Assembly (NCBI GenBank): GCA_951804945.1 | Contig: OX638150.1 | Coordinates: 39,060,001 to 39,124,000 of the forward strand | Direction of reading: 5' to 3' | DNA: 64,000 nucleotides | From: Podarcis cretensis | Taxonomy: Eukaryota | Shown here: one piece after another, positions 25,292 to 39,868 of the stretch | How the letters are laid out: the number at the start of each line of letters is the position of its first letter | Position numbering within the stretch: the stretch's first letter is position 1 | Made by a program: the position numbers and the translations under genes | The notes under the pieces: model-generated | What the model was told of the DNA's origin: nothing | Database searches by the model: none | Seen by the model: only the letters and a program-made list of their open reading frames with translations

Positions 25292-27074
25292 TAGCAGAGA
25301 GTGATACAGATACAGGTTTTTTCATCTTGACAACACTGTGGCAGGAGAAGTTGCAGCTGCGAAAGCTATGTAAGTATTAAATATACAGAAAACCTGTTTT
25401 CCAGTATTATATGCACCATCCCCAGAAGACTTGCATGTTGCCAGTCATACCATTAATGCATTGTGCAACTGAAGGACACATAATTTGCCACTGAAAATGG
25501 ATTGATAACATTAGTTTTAATTGATCATATTTGCGGCTTTATTTATTACCAATTTGGTTGTGACTGAAATGAATTTGATAATTGCAAATCAACTAAGATA
25601 AACATTCTGGATTGTATCCAATGTAGTACAGGGCACGTTGCTGCATGGTAGGTCACACAATATTTTGCTCAACAAATTTTCGCTTTCCCTCCTTCCCTCA
25701 TTCAATCCACTCATGCACTCAACTTTGGTACTTCTGTTCTGATTTGTTAAACTACATAGGTTCCCTTGACATCTAAATCAGGAAGCTGCATTTAATTGTT
25801 GCTTGTAAACCAGCATCTTAAACCGAGATCTAATCTGGGTTGTGTTATAACTGGGCCAACATTAGGCTTGGCAAATTTTATGTGCAGGCTACGTTCCTTA
25901 CACACCCATTCTGTATGTGGGCAAGCTGGCCTAACTGCCCATTGCTCTTTGCTGCAATGAACTCAACAGTACAAGGGATTAAAAGGAAGGGTGGATGAAA
26001 AATTCTTCCTCTGCTCCACTACTCTCTGGTTCATCACTAAAACCATTGCCCTCAAATGCTTTGCTTTTCTACATAGTAATGAATGTCAAGCATTTACTTT
26101 TATTGAGGAAAGTAAATGGTTGTATTCACAGGCATTACTCAAGCAGTTCTCCCCCCACCACAAATATTAGCCCATATTGTAGTCCATTAATTTCCCCCCA
26201 GTAGCATTAATAGTAAACACTAAAGTTTATATTCAACTCATTTATATTCATAGTAGGCTCATTGAAACCAGTAGGCTTATACTATTTGGGTCCATTGATT
26301 TCAGTGGATCTAATTTTGTATGGATTGGTTGGATATAGCTCCCAAACCCCACTGGCTTCTATATGGATAGCTCTTTGCCTCCATCTGTAAATACCTGCCC
26401 AGGTTTCATTGTTTGGTTGAACTATAGTGTAACACTAGTGGAGTTTCACAGACATTTTGCTATTAGTAGTAGAAAAAGCTTTTATATGCAATTCTTTCCC
26501 TTTCCCTTTCTTACCCTATCAGATTCCTGTTTTGCAAGTTTTAAGGGTTAAATGCCATCTTCATCCACTTAACAAAGGCTGCTGCTGGTGCATGATGAAA
26601 CATGTAGGACACAAAATGTGCATCATAATTCCTTTGTTCCGTGTGGTTTTATTTCTCCTGTTATTAGTGTCTGTTAAACGAAACAGGTGAAAACTTAACA
26701 AGTTGAATCGAAACTGGAATGATTTATAATTTTCTTGAAACCAGGAACCTTAAGCCTGTCCGTCTATGTATGGGTTTTGCTTCCTCTTAAGGAGCGGCAT
26801 ACATATTATATTGAGCAACTTCATTGATTAGGTTGCCCTTTTGGTTATATCTCTCTGCTGTTGATAGATTGACTGCTTGCAGCATAATCCTATGCATGTC
26901 TATTCAGAAGTAAGTCTCATTAAATTCAATGGGGTTTACTTCCAGTTTATGATTGCAGCCACACACCCAGGGGGCTAATATTAGTTGCCCAATATATTCA
27001 GTGGCTCTTCTCCTTTTACAATGAAAGGTAAAGTTACAGGTGACAGGCAAATTATATTATGGAGTAGGTGAGTA

Positions 27075-27300
27075 CAGTGGTACCTCGGGTTAAGTACTTA
27101 ATTCGTTCCGGAGGTCTGTACTTAACCTGAAACTGTTCATAACTTGAGACACCACTTTAGCTAATGGGGCCTCCAGCTGCCGCCGCGCCATTGGAGCACG
27201 ATTTCTGTTCTCATCCTGAAGCAAAGTTCTTAACCCAAGGTAATATTTCTGGGTTAGCGGAGTCTGTAACGTGAAGCGTATGTAACCCGAGGTACTACTG
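27075..27300 (-). mobile_element. Tigger-like MITE, inverted near-copy of 16673-16893
   Basis: TIRs, TA TSD, shared diagnostic substitutions. Confidence 0.9.
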
Positions 27301-28054
27301 TATTATGAATGTTGAATGGTGTTTATATAAATATATTACATTTGATATATTTGCTCACGTTGTATTTGCATAGTTGTAGAATTTGCATTGGTTACTCTAC
27401 ACATTTTAGTCTCATTGCTTAGCAGGGTTTTTTTTTTTAAAATAGATGTCCCTCCCTAAAATAATTAAGCCTGCCCAAGTAGGATAACATTCAAGTTCTT
27501 CCACTTTTGACATGCCCCAATAGGATAGGATACTAGCCCAATTACATCTGGGAAGGGTATAGAAAGCAGACACTGCCTACACAGAACACTCCAATCTTGG
27601 CCTATCTAGATAGACAGTAGAAAACAGGACTGGAGCAAGGATAGTGATAATATGCAAGATCTGATGCAGAAATAGCTGGAACCCTCCTTCCCTACCTTAT
27701 ACACACAACCACTTTCCATAAACCCATCCATGAAATTCCATGGGCACTTTGCTAGTGGTAGTGAGTAGTGCTTGAAAAAAGTAGTGTGTTTTTCCTTTTA
27801 GCGTTCAGGCTTCTTAAAGCATTACATATGGTGTCCTTACACAAACCTTGTAAGAGATGTAGCTGGTAGTGTGAAGGAAGATGGAACTAAGGCTGAGAAG
27901 GCAAGGCTTGAGGGAGTGTGGCGTACCTAAGATAATCTTCTTAGTCCAGGTTCAACATCTCCAGCTAAAGATGACTCAAAATATCAGGTCTGAGGAAAAA
28001 GGTTTGTATGGTATCTTGAAAACAGTAGATACAGTTTATTGTATCAATGGACTA

Positions 28055-28272
28055 CAGTGGTACCTCTTGATGCGAACGGGATCCGTTCCGGAGCCCCGTT
28101 CGCATCCTGAAGCAAACGTAAGACGTGTGTCGCATTTTGCTGCTTCCGCGCATGCGCGCGACATCATTTTGAGCGCATGCGCGAGCGGCGAAACCCGGAA
28201 GTAACACGCTCCTTTTCAGAGCACAACCTGAAAATATTCATCCCGAAGCTACTTCAACTCAAGGTATGACTG
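28055..28272. mobile_element. Tigger-like MITE, different subfamily
   Basis: TA-CAGTGGTACCTC...AGGTATGACTG-TA. Confidence 0.8.
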
Positions 28273-31200
28273 TACCAGTAGTCTGTCTCTGTGTAAAGTA
28301 AGATTTGGCTTGGGGGTGCCATTTACAGCAGTTATTTCACATTAATGAATACAACTCCCTGAAGCCTTTGACCTATATTGGAGATTATGAAGCGACATAA
28401 CTTGCTGAAATGGCATAACAAAATGGAAGAGGGCTTCATTTCTGGATTTAGCCATGTAAAAATAGGTGATAAACAGCTACATCCTCGTGACTTCATCAGA
28501 GCAGATTCAGTGGCCAAGTTATCTTGGTAATCTTTATATCAAAGTGGTTCAGCTTTTGTGGAAAGATGCGGGCTCTTAGAGCTTGTTCAGTTGCTATTTC
28601 TTGTGCAAAGGTGGATATGAATCTTGGGTTTGTGAGCTGCACCCCTGACACCTCACAACGCATGGAAAGTAATGGCTGTATTTAAATGAATGCTATATCT
28701 TTCTCCTCAAACCTTGTGATATAGAAGCCACTAGAAAAGCAGGTTCTACCTCAGGGAATCAGGGTCGTACATTTAAATAAACATAGCACTGTACAGATGA
28801 AATATTCTAACTAAAATGCAGCAGTAGCTGCTGAACATAGGCTCCAGCTGCTGAGAAGGTGGGGATTGTGCTTGCATTGCTAAGACACACACTCAGTTTC
28901 ACCATGTGTTGAAGTTTCACAGGGAGGGGTAGAGTGGGGAGAGAAGTAGCATCTGAACAGTTCCTGAGCTTTGAAATGCTTCTTCCTGAATCGGTCTGAG
29001 CAGACAGGAATGCTGCTGTTTAATTTGTAATTTAATGCATAGTGTTTAACACTGACATAGATCTTGTTGAAACATGCATTGCATATTGCACAATTTGATT
29101 CCACTTATGGGCTTGCTTTTCTGCACCTGTTGATAGCGCACCTGTTGTGAAATGATGGATTGCCAACAGGTAGCACTACTTGATTTCTTTCAGATACACT
29201 TTTGAAATAAGGCATGTCTGTATTGAATGTAAAACGCAGCATTGGCTGCTGAATGTACTCTCCTGTTGACAGACAATATTTGCTTTATGTGCCTTTGTCG
29301 GCTGTGTGTTCTGTGAGCCTGTGCTGGTTGCCAGCATGACACTGACGGAGTCTAGGAAAAGTGTAGCATGAGGACCTATGTGATACTTTTCTGGTTTGGG
29401 AAACCTTAGTTAACCTTAGTTAAAGATTTGATGACCAAACGAGATAAGACTTTTAAAAATGCAAATTGCATGGGGGGGGTCATTAGTACACTAATGGGAG
29501 ATGTTCTCTCAGTAACACTAGCTCAGAAAAGGGGTTTTGCTCAGGATTGCAGCAGGCAAAGGAAAGGTTAAATTCCCTCTGCATGTCTTTGATCCCATTG
29601 GTTTTCAGCCTCCCCTCCCATTGATTAATTTGCTTTAATCTGCACATTAGGTGCAGTGATGCCTTTAAAGATAAGGTGTAGCTTGGTCCTGAGGCTCTGA
29701 TGAGGCATGTTGACTTATGGATACGTTTGAAATAGTTTGTGGCAAAGCTCCTGCAATTGGTCTATAACTACGAGAAGCTTCTACTGAATAACTTCACAAT
29801 ATAAACGCTCTGTGTTGGCAGGCTTGCTTCTAAACCTGCCCCTGTGTAACCAGCAACTTTTTTTGTTAGCCCTGCAGGGCGTAGCACACCAAGTTCTTGC
29901 GTGACAGCGATGTCCTCATCTTGAAGTAGCCTGGGGCATAGAAACTTATTAAGTTGTGCTTAATTTCTTTTCATAAGAGATACAGTACACAAATGTGAGT
30001 AATGACTTTAAAATAAAGTATCCTAGGCAGCAAGTTAGTGAAAAGAAGTCCCTTAAGAACTATTTTTATTTGCGTCTTAAGAAAAGGGCATTTCTCTGAG
30101 AATTGTCCCTGCTCTCAAGCATTGTTTGGTAAATACTGCTGTGCTGTGGTAGACTGTGCCCCAGGTTAGAGATAGCCCTGCTATGCAGTTCTTTAGTCCC
30201 AGGGGCACAAAAAACAGAAGTGTAGCTATGAGGGTTGCCCATATACCTATGTTTGATGTCTCTAATTGTGAAGAGCCTTTAACCTAGATTTTTAGACACA
30301 TTGATGTGGAGGTTTGCTGCCTGTCTTTGGCTGACATGTCTCTTAGATGGGTGGAGGGTAGGTTCTAAGCTGATTCCCTTCTTTGTCCCTTCCCTTTCTT
30401 CTTGGAAGAAAGTGACAAGAAGTGCATTATCCTGCCCCCCACCCTCACTCACCACCAGACCATTTTGGAGGTTCAATTCCAGTTTGGTTTTAATCCTACT
30501 TACAGCTTTTCAGTTTGGGCTCAAATCAAGTTCATTCAAAAATTTATGTGAATTGCTAAGTCCCTGATTTGTATGCTCATTTAAATTGGGTACAAAGAAA
30601 GTTGTTTTATTCCGTGTTGTACCATTGATCTAACCATCTCTGTATGATCTACTCTGACTGGCAATATCTGTGCAGGGTTTCAGCAAGGTTTTCCCCTCCA
30701 GCCCTACTTGGAGAATCTGAGGATGAAGTCTGGAGCATTTTGTGCTATACAGCTGTTCTGTGGTTCCTCCCCTAAATTGTGTCAAGCAACTATTATTTAT
30801 AGAACAATGTTATCGATCCTGTGAACAGAAGAAAGTTCACCGAAGGGGCCTTGTAGTCCCTTCCTCTCCCCTGTGTTCCCTTAAAGAGGGAAGTGAGGGA
30901 GTGGGAAGCTGGTCAGAACTGGATGAAGGTTGCTTGTAGCAGTGGGGTTCTGCTTGCACAAAGTACTTGCCTAAGTTTGGTCACTTTCCCCCTTTCCTAG
31001 CAACATCATGGCCCATCCCATGCTCTTCATGGGGGTTCCCCAGTCCTTTGGACAAGATTTTCAGGTGGTGCAGGGGGCTGCAGAGTGAAGGAGGGAATGG
31101 GAAGTTCCCTTCATGTAAGAAAACCAAAGCTGAGAGCCTCCGGATTCTAATAGTAGCCAGCCCAAGTGCATGCTTCCTGTGGCTTATATGAAACTTGTCC

Positions 31201-32189
31201 TAATTTGGGTATAGGCTCCTCCTTGACCCAGGTGATTTCCTCTTGAAATCATTCCTCAGCTGTTATACTCTCCTTCACTTTTAGTAATGTGTGGTGGGCA
31301 AATGGGACTAGAGACGGTGAATTGCTTGTCTGACCTGTGAGGGGTGCTGAAGAGCAATTGACTGTGCTCTCTTCAATCTTCCCTTAAGGTTGGGCACAGC
31401 CCATTGCTCATAGTTTACTGGAGCCAGAGGGTAACTGCAAATTCCCATCTGTTCGGCAGCAAGATGTACCTGCTGCCAAGCAGTCATGCCAGTCTTAAAT
31501 AGTGATGATTTGTATAGCTTGGGGAAGATTTCCCAGAGGTAATGCTGATTCTTACATCTTACAAAGGCAAAACCAAAGTGGGTTATGCAGACAACTAGGA
31601 GGTGTGTCAGGTTTTACCCTGATTACTAAGAAACTAGTTCTTGTTTGTACCTTGCACCATGTTATTTCAAAAGCAACAAAACCAGATCTGACACTTCTGT
31701 CGCTAGGATACGCCAATGGTTTTCTTTAATTTGTAGGTGGTGTAATTATTTAAAAGAGAGAGAGCTGCATTCCTCTCAGCAGGCTGGTTAGTTTGGCACA
31801 TGTTATGCACCCCCATTAATATGGAAGGAACGTGGTGTAACTTTGGACTGCCCAAGGCATATAATAGACACCTTCCCCTGCTTTGAACATAATGTGCTGT
31901 GGCCTTTTAAAGTTCCTGAAGACAAGACAAAGCAAACATATTATTGGCTTCCTAATTAGAAATAGGTTTCTTCAGCTGAGACCTTTGCACACCTTTTGTT
32001 GCTTCAGGAGAGAGTCAGTATGAAAGCACCACCTCTCTCTCATCTATGCTATAAAATGAGTTCCAAGTCTCATTGAACTTGGTGGAATGTAGTTTGAATG
32101 CACCTGGATAGGATCTTACAAGCAAATAATCTAGATATATCCCCATGTGATAGTTTTCCACCATGACTCTTTCACCCATCTCTGCTTTA

Positions 32190-32415
32190 CAGTGGTACCT
32201 CAAGTTAAGAACTTACTTCGTTCTGGAGGTCCGTTCTTAACCTGAAACTGTTCTTAACCTGAGGTACCACTTTAGCTAATGGGGCTTCCCACTGCTGCCA
32301 CGCTGCTGCCGTGTGATTTCTGTTCTCATCCTGAAGCAAAGTTCTTAACCCGAGGTACTATTCCTGGGTTAGCGGAGTCTGTAACCTGAAGCGTCTGTAA
32401 CCTGAAGTACCACTG
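32190..32415 (-). mobile_element. Tigger-like MITE
   Basis: CAGTGGTAC TIRs, same family as 9426 in reverse orientation. Confidence 0.88.
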
Positions 32416-32755
32416 TGTTGTCATTATTCATCCAAACTCTAAAACACATCTATGTTGTAACTAAGTAAAGAACTCCTGATCTGTAGTTATTGTCAAAGAT
32501 AACCAACTATTTTATGTATGTGCTTTAGGAACTTTATTGGGTTTTTCTTTATAACAATTCTATGAATTTGAGAAGTACTACCATGTTACAGATGTGGAGG
32601 TAGGGGAGAGAGTGAGTCACCTAGCCAGTAAAAATTTCCTCCAGAGAAGCCACGGTGCTAAAAAGACAAGCGAGTCCTAAAACATTTGGGAAGAAATTAA
32701 AATCAAATGAAATGACTTCTAAAAAGGATATATATTTTTTTTACGCTGCTGCAAA

Positions 32756-32991
32756 GATTTATACGATCTGAAGAGAAACCAGAGTATATCCCCCAAAATC
32801 TGAGGGATTTGAATTGCGGTTGACATAGAGGGAGCTTATTGTGTATAGTTTACTTAATTGAAGTAAAATTGGTTTTATAGGGGTGTTTTAACTTGGAACT
32901 GTTTAAATTGTATTGTTTATGGATAAATTTTGATGTATTGTTTTTAGATATGGGCCAATGGCCATAATAAACCAATCAATCAATCAATCAA
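32756..32991 (+). mobile_element. 5'-truncated LINE 3' end with (CAAT)n tail
   Basis: Perfect 15-bp TSD TTACGCTGCTGCAAA at 32741-32755 and 32992-33006; terminal hairpin tatgggccaatggccata, AATAAA, (CAAT)n. Confidence 0.85.
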
Positions 32992-33393
32992 TTACGCTGC
33001 TGCAAAATACCATTGCAGAGTGCAATGGAGGCTGCCTTAGCAGGGAACCTAGGCCTGGCCACAGAAAAGATCCTCTCCCGTGTCTGTTCCAAGTGCAGAT
33101 CAGATGTTAGGGGGACACATTGTTTAGCCTTAACTGATGATCTCAATGAGAGAGTAAGCCTGCAATGTGAAAAGACTATATCTCTATTCTGATAAACTGT
33201 TCTGCACTTGGCTCATGTTAAGTTGATACTTCAGCATGTGATTCTTAGCCCTATAGTTGATTCACTTCGTGTTGGGAATGAAAGGACACGTTGGGAGGTC
33301 CTAAGGGACTTTAGATCTGGCCTTGAGTCCTGTGTACATATTGCCATCTTAACTGACGGAATGTGGAACTAGTTCCAACTCCTTTTAGGTGAT

Positions 33394-33543
33394 TAGAATC
33401 ATAGAATGGTAGAGCTGGAAGGGACAGTGAGGGTCATCTAGTCCAGTCCCCTTCAATGCTGGAATATGTCACCCAATGTGGGGCTTGAAGACACAGCTCT
33501 GAGATTGAGAGTCTCATGGTCTACTGAGTGAGCTATCCCAGAC
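33394..33543 (-). mobile_element. tRNA-Lys-derived SINE with CR1-derived 3' tail
   Basis: Minus strand GGATAGCTCACTCAGTAGACCATGAGACTCTCAATCTCAG...CAAGCCCCACATTGGG followed by CR1 end (CCTTCCAGCTCTACCATTCTATGATTCTA). Confidence 0.75.
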
Positions 33544-35892
33544 TTAAGAAGAGTCCTGACAATGACTTGCAGCCAGCCAAGGCCTTATGTTTATGTACAC
33601 TGACAAACCAAAAGGTATTCTGAATCAGAAAGATCCAGCTATGTCTATGATAACATCTTTTATGCAGTCAAGCCTATTGGTTTAACCTCTTTTCATGGAT
33701 TTATGTCACAGGTGCAAATCCCTATATAGTTTGGTGATTGCTCAACAATGTTTATGATGTGAACATCTCTCTAAAAGCTCCGTCAAGATCTTGAGTTAGC
33801 GCTCTGAAAGATTTAAGTAATATTACATATATCTCTGCAAGGCTCCTGATTTTGGGGGGGGACACCCTTCTTTCTGGCACAAATATAGCTGGCATTTTTA
33901 ACATTGTTAGCAGGGAAGTGTCAAGATCTGTTGAAAGTCCTCTGCTACTAGCATCCTTTTTATTTAAAAGCCTTAAACTGATCCTAATCCTCAAGGTGTT
34001 CTCTGTACGTTGCAATGTAGTCTTCATTAATGCTACTTTTAAGATCATGAAATGCTGTTCATTAAAACCTAAAACAAAGCAGGTGCATAGCCTCGGGGAG
34101 TTATTGTTGCATATGCACTGTAGTTGAAATTACTTAAGTCTGTAAATAGTTGTTCCATAGGAGGAAATACTTCTAGGGTTGGGCTATGTTCCTTTAATTT
34201 TAACTCCTGGCCATATTTATCTGGAAGGCTTCCTACTGGAGTGACAAAACAGGCTAAAATAAAGTACCCAGTCTGGAGTCTCTGAATGTTTAAATGAATG
34301 GGTAAAAATGAATAACTCATAGGGATATTCTTTGGGTTGCTTTAGTCATTGCTCTTTTAGTTTAAGAAACCTCTGGCACGATCCAGCCCACACTTTCATA
34401 ATTAAATACAACACTATCATTCAGACTGCAACACTGACTTGCACAGTTTCCCTTGTGAAATGCTTTCTCCTCAGCTCCAATAGAGCTTGTTTTTGTGTCC
34501 TATTGAGCCATACCCATGGTGACTTGTATGATTCGATGGTGGATGCTACTGCTAGGGAAAAAAATGTGGTGTTCACTTGCAGTAGTATAAAATTTCAGGA
34601 TATCCATACATATAAGTGTCTCTTGTTCCATGTACATATTTACATATAATAACTTAGAGAAGGAGAAAAGTTCTTTCTTTCTTTTGATATACATTCTAAG
34701 GCTAGTTTAGATTGCATTGCAAATGACTGTATCCTCAGTGCATTTGGTTAAACAAACTAAACCTGCTACCAGTCCAAAATCCCAGATAGCAGCCATGATT
34801 ATTATTTTGTTTCTCAGTTAATTCATGTTGTGCAAGAGCACTGGGAGTAGCCAGAAATGTGCAGTTTGGGTGGACATTGGCTAGTGTGTGTCATAGCTTC
34901 ACAGTCTTGAGGCTTACATTTGATGACAGGTTTACTGACTAAAACAGGTGAAGATTGCGAAATTGCTTAAATCATAACAATGTATAACAATATATTGTAG
35001 ACTCAGATTGCATCTGGCCCCTGAGCAGTAGAGAATAAAACCCAAGCGAGAGCCATCAAAATGTTAACATTCTGCTTCTCATATTTTCTTTGCTATCTTG
35101 AACATTTTGGTCATGTCTAGTTTTTTCTTCTTTTATGGTGATTCCCATTTTGGCATCCTAAAGCTGTCAACATTTGTTGCCTGTATGTTGGACTCCAAAT
35201 AAGCATATTTTTGTATTGCTCCCTCCATCCGTTTCTTATGTGGTGAAGATGCATCATAGAGATTTGCAAAGCCATGAGGGCTTTTAAGTCCTACAGAACT
35301 AGCAGGGTGGCAGAGCTCTCTGCCAAAGTAGAGAGTGGGTAAATATGAGACTAAACCAGTTTACACAGTTTCCTTTTGGCTAGGCTGAATGATTACGCGT
35401 CCGGAAATTGCTAAGGCAAGAACGGAGAAGATAGAAAGGCTTTCAGCATAGAAGTTCTTATCTGTAGCAAACTAAGCTGCTTAGGTTATAGGATTACTTT
35501 ACATCTTGCATTTCCCCAAATTTGGGATATGTTTTGAAAATGCAACAAGGTCCCATAGGAACAGGGATTTATCTGAAGCAAGACAGATCAAAAGCCTGAA
35601 TTTGGAGACATGCTGAGCCAAACCATGGTTTGGCCATTGGAAATGTGACAGGAGCAGGACCAGGGGAGGAGTGAAGTGGCTACATTCTCATCTCTGGAAA
35701 CACACGTTTGTGCTAATACATGGTTTTGCTTGGTGTTCCGTGCGAACCAGACTATATTCTACTTACAGCTTCTGTATCAAGCCTGAAAAATGGATTCTTT
35801 TAAAAAAACAAAAACAAAAAATCCTGTCTTTTAGGATTGTCTCTTCCTGTTCCATCATTTTTAGTAACACATTTTTTTCTTTCACTTTTCAG

Positions 35893-35938
35893 GCACAACT
35901 TTTTAAACACGGCAAAAGGGAAGACTGTTTGCCGTATG
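35893..35938 (+). CDS. TBCD: TBCD coding exon 8 (AQLFKHGKREDCLPY)
   Basis: 46 nt, AG/GTAAG boundaries, FKHGKREDCLPY motif. Confidence 0.96.
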
Positions 35939-37373
35939 GTAAGACACTTCGTAATATTATAAATATCTTAATTCCCGTTACGGGAATGACAATGATCGTA
36001 AGGCAGCCAAAGTTACTTGTTTATTTTATTCATTTATCCAAAGATCGCAGTGCAGCTCGCAACATAAAAATACAAAATAAGAACACAAAATACATAATAA
36101 AACAAAAACATTGTTAAGTCCTGTTGGTTTCACAGAGAGAGTTTTGAAGCATCTGCTTGGATTCTGAGAACTGTGAACTGGAAAGGTTAACCCCCTGGGT
36201 CCCCAAAAGCTTTGGTGGAGGTTGTGGGCCCCTGTTGAACAACATGGGATGGAGTGTGGGGTGCTGTTGGGAAGAAAAAATCACCCAGAATTGGATAGAG
36301 GCAACATGTTTGGGCAAGTTTGGTCCAATATGAGGCAATTTCTTCTATGTCTCATCCTATGCTGTTCTAGGGGAGCTTTTGTTGGGAGGAGTGTGGAAGG
36401 GGGGAAGTCAGTTTCTATGGACTTTTGCTGATGGTTCTTCAAATCCAAGTCAATGAACTTAAGTGCTACCCTTTGGTGGAAATGTGCCCAACTTTTTTCA
36501 CTTTTATAGTGAATTTGGGCATGACTTACAATAGCTAAATTGCTTTATTTTTCTGTACATATTAGCCCATCTCTCACATTGTTTCCTACATAAACATATG
36601 TATGTGAGTATGACAGTTGCTGAAAGAGTACCTCTGTTGACCAGTGACATTTTATCACTACTGAATAACACAGATTGACACTAGCCATAAGCATCAATGT
36701 ATTTATACAGATAGAGGAAAATAGTGGCTGAATTCAGATGATCGTATCGCAGCTTAATAAACTGACATAAAAATGAGCCCTTTTTGCATGAGCTGACAAA
36801 CAAACCAGTAAAGCTTTCATCAATTTTAGTTTTCCATTTTGTCTGAACTAGAAAGCTGTCATTAACAGCTTCAAAGCAAGCTAGGATATGCAGCCATCTT
36901 CATATCTGAATGAGATCCACAGCACCTTTTAAAATCGGCATATTTACTATGTATTCTGGAAGAATGCTAACTGAATTACAGAGCTATGCAGGTTTTCTGG
37001 TTCTTCTATTAATATGGTAGCCTTAGGGACATTCTTTAACATAGTTAAGCATTGCTTCAGGTGACAAATATAACCAGCCTTTCCCCCCTCTTCCTTTGGC
37101 TATTAGTAGTATCATCTTCACTTCAAGTATATTTTCATTCTCTTATGTATAAGAAGGATTCTAGAGAGATAGTAAAGAAAGTACTTTTTTTTTCTATTCA
37201 CGTTGTAACAACACACTCAGTATGTATCTCTGGTAATAATAAAATATATTCTTAATATCCGTCTAACTAGAGATAGGCGAAAATATATTTATGTTTACTT
37301 CAAAAGCCCTCTCAAGGTGGTCCACATTCAGTATCATACAAACCAAAAATATAAAATATGTAAGGTTTTAAAC

Positions 37374-37509
37374 CAGGCATAGGCAAACGTGGCTCTCCAG
37401 ATGTTTTGGGACTACAGCTCCCACCATCCCTGACCACTGATCCTGTTAGCTAGGGATGATGGGAGTTGTAGTCCCAAAACATCTGGAGGGCCGAGTTTGC
37501 CTATGCCTG
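37374..37509. mobile_element. hAT (Charlie/MER5-like) palindromic MITE
   Basis: TIR CAGGCATAGGCAAAC/GTTTGCCTATGCCTG; 8-bp TSD TTTTAAAC/TTTCAAAC. Confidence 0.9.
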
Positions 37510-38213
37510 TTTCAAACTAAAACAGTAGCATAAAACTGGAAATAATTATCCTGAGGGAAAGCTATAACAACGGGTGAAATCCAGTGGCCACCGGTGGAAT
37601 GGGCATCTACTTGTGAAATGCAGCTTGCCCTTCCTCTCTTCCCTGCATTCCTGTGCACCCACAAATCTGTTTTGGAAGGTTGCTATGTCTTCTGGAACAG
37701 ATTGGGGGGGTGTGCGCGCGCAACAAGTAGAGAGGAAAGGCAAGTGCCATTGTATGAGTGGCAAGATTTTGGAGATCACCCAGTATGTTTAAGGATTAAA
37801 AAAAGAGAAGATATTGTTTAATGAGAACAACTCAAATACTTCTCAACGTTAGTTCCCTTCAGAATTAATCACTCATTTAGAAAAGGGGTGGGTAAGGGAG
37901 GGAAAGGTTAGTTAAGCCTTCTACAAAATGTATGGATTTGCTCCTCTGAAGCAACTTTAGGCACAGGTTGCCTAAAGTTTATAGCTAAATGTTTTCCTTC
38001 AAAATATGCTTTGAATTTTTTTAATCTTTCAGCCTGATCCTAATTGGGGCCAATAGAGTTTATAACACACATGCATGTTCACTGAGTTGTGACTACTATA
38101 CTGAAAGCTGTAAATATCATAACTAACACTTTATAAAGGAATATAGATAAAAGTCTTGCTAGACTTGGAGTTAGAACTTCCCAGAACCTTGTGTCTATCA
38201 TGGATTAAAGTAA

Positions 38214-38483
<270 letters not shown>

Positions 38484-39868
38484 TAGGGGCGGATGAGTAA
38501 TAGATCACCACATGTTCATTTGGTGATCAGAAGTTATGTTTTAAATATACATGGGTATTCCAGAGATAGAAGCGACTGCTTCCCTGTATTACGTTATATT
38601 TGTATTTTTGTATTACATTATCAGTTCAGTATTTTGCATATTTTGTTCTGGATTTAAATAATCTTTCCACGGATAAATTCAGGTCAACGTGGAAACTAAA
38701 ATCCAAGGTGATACGGTGTTCCTGCCCCCCACCTTCAAAAGCAAAACAAAATAAAGTTAGGAATTAGATGTGTGCAGTGTAATCCAACCAGTTTACAGAA
38801 TTTCCAGTCTTATTCACACTTTGCTTACATTTAAAAAGTCACAATCTCATGGAAATTTATATTCTCAGCCAATTATTGCTTTCTTCATTTTGCTTATTAC
38901 TTGGGGGGGGGGCTCCCTCCCCTTTTATATCTCTTTTCATTAATGTGTTACTATTTTTAGCTTTTTCTGTTGTGTTAGCTGGAAAAAGACATAGGAAACA
39001 GCTTCAAATGAAGTCCAAGCTGTCTATTTCCCTTTTGTCAAAACTGACTAGCAACAGTTTTCCAGTGTTTCAGGTGGGAATGTTTACTAGCCCTACGAGC
39101 TCATACTGGGGATTGATCTTGAGACACCTGTGCAGGCAAAGCATTTGCTTGGCAGCCCAGCTACAGTCCTACCAGTACAACAAAGCATGTTGTACCTTGT
39201 CCTGGTATCACTGTTGATGATACAGTCCACTTTTTATCCTTAGTTGAGCTGAATATTTTACCTTTAAGAGTTACCTTAAGAAAAGTGTTTATTGTTGCAA
39301 ATTGCGATCTTTTTACTGCAAAACCCAGATCCTAGTTTGGCATCTTAAATGCATTTTGTGTTGCTGTAATTTGCTGTTGTTTTTAATTTTTCAAAATTTA
39401 AACATAAGGTTTTCTTCAAACACTTGAGTTGGAGAGCTTTATTTTCTATGGCTGATCTAAAGAAGTGCACTAGTTCTCTATGCCTAGAGGTGGTAACATT
39501 CGAACTTTTCTCAAACGATCGCCCATCTGTTGCCACGTGTGAAACCTTTTTGAAACTCCCATTTGAAGGGGCGAATATCAAAAATTCCATGGGGCACACC
39601 CTAGATGTTGAGTATGCCTAAAGTATATATTTTGGGGTCTGAAAGATTCTCACAGTCCTAATAAACAAAATGAGTACTTATCTCATGAGGACACAAAAGG
39701 GATTTTTTTAAAAAGAGTTATGTTTTACATATTGCTTGTATGAATCCCCTGATATTTATGCCATTAGGCATATGAGCAGTCATTGCTTGAATTAATATGC
39801 TGTATTCCTTTGGAAATAAACAGATGAGTGTTTTTGTTATTTAAAGTGTTTTATTATTTTAATAAGTG

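Noticed and set aside
33470-33543. Functional tRNA-Lys gene
   Set aside because: D arm, anticodon and T arm are mutated and it is fused to a CR1 tail, so it is a SINE head
35671-36117. 148-aa ORF as a separate gene
   Set aside because: Only the 46-nt TBCD exon 8 is coding; the rest is intronic read-through
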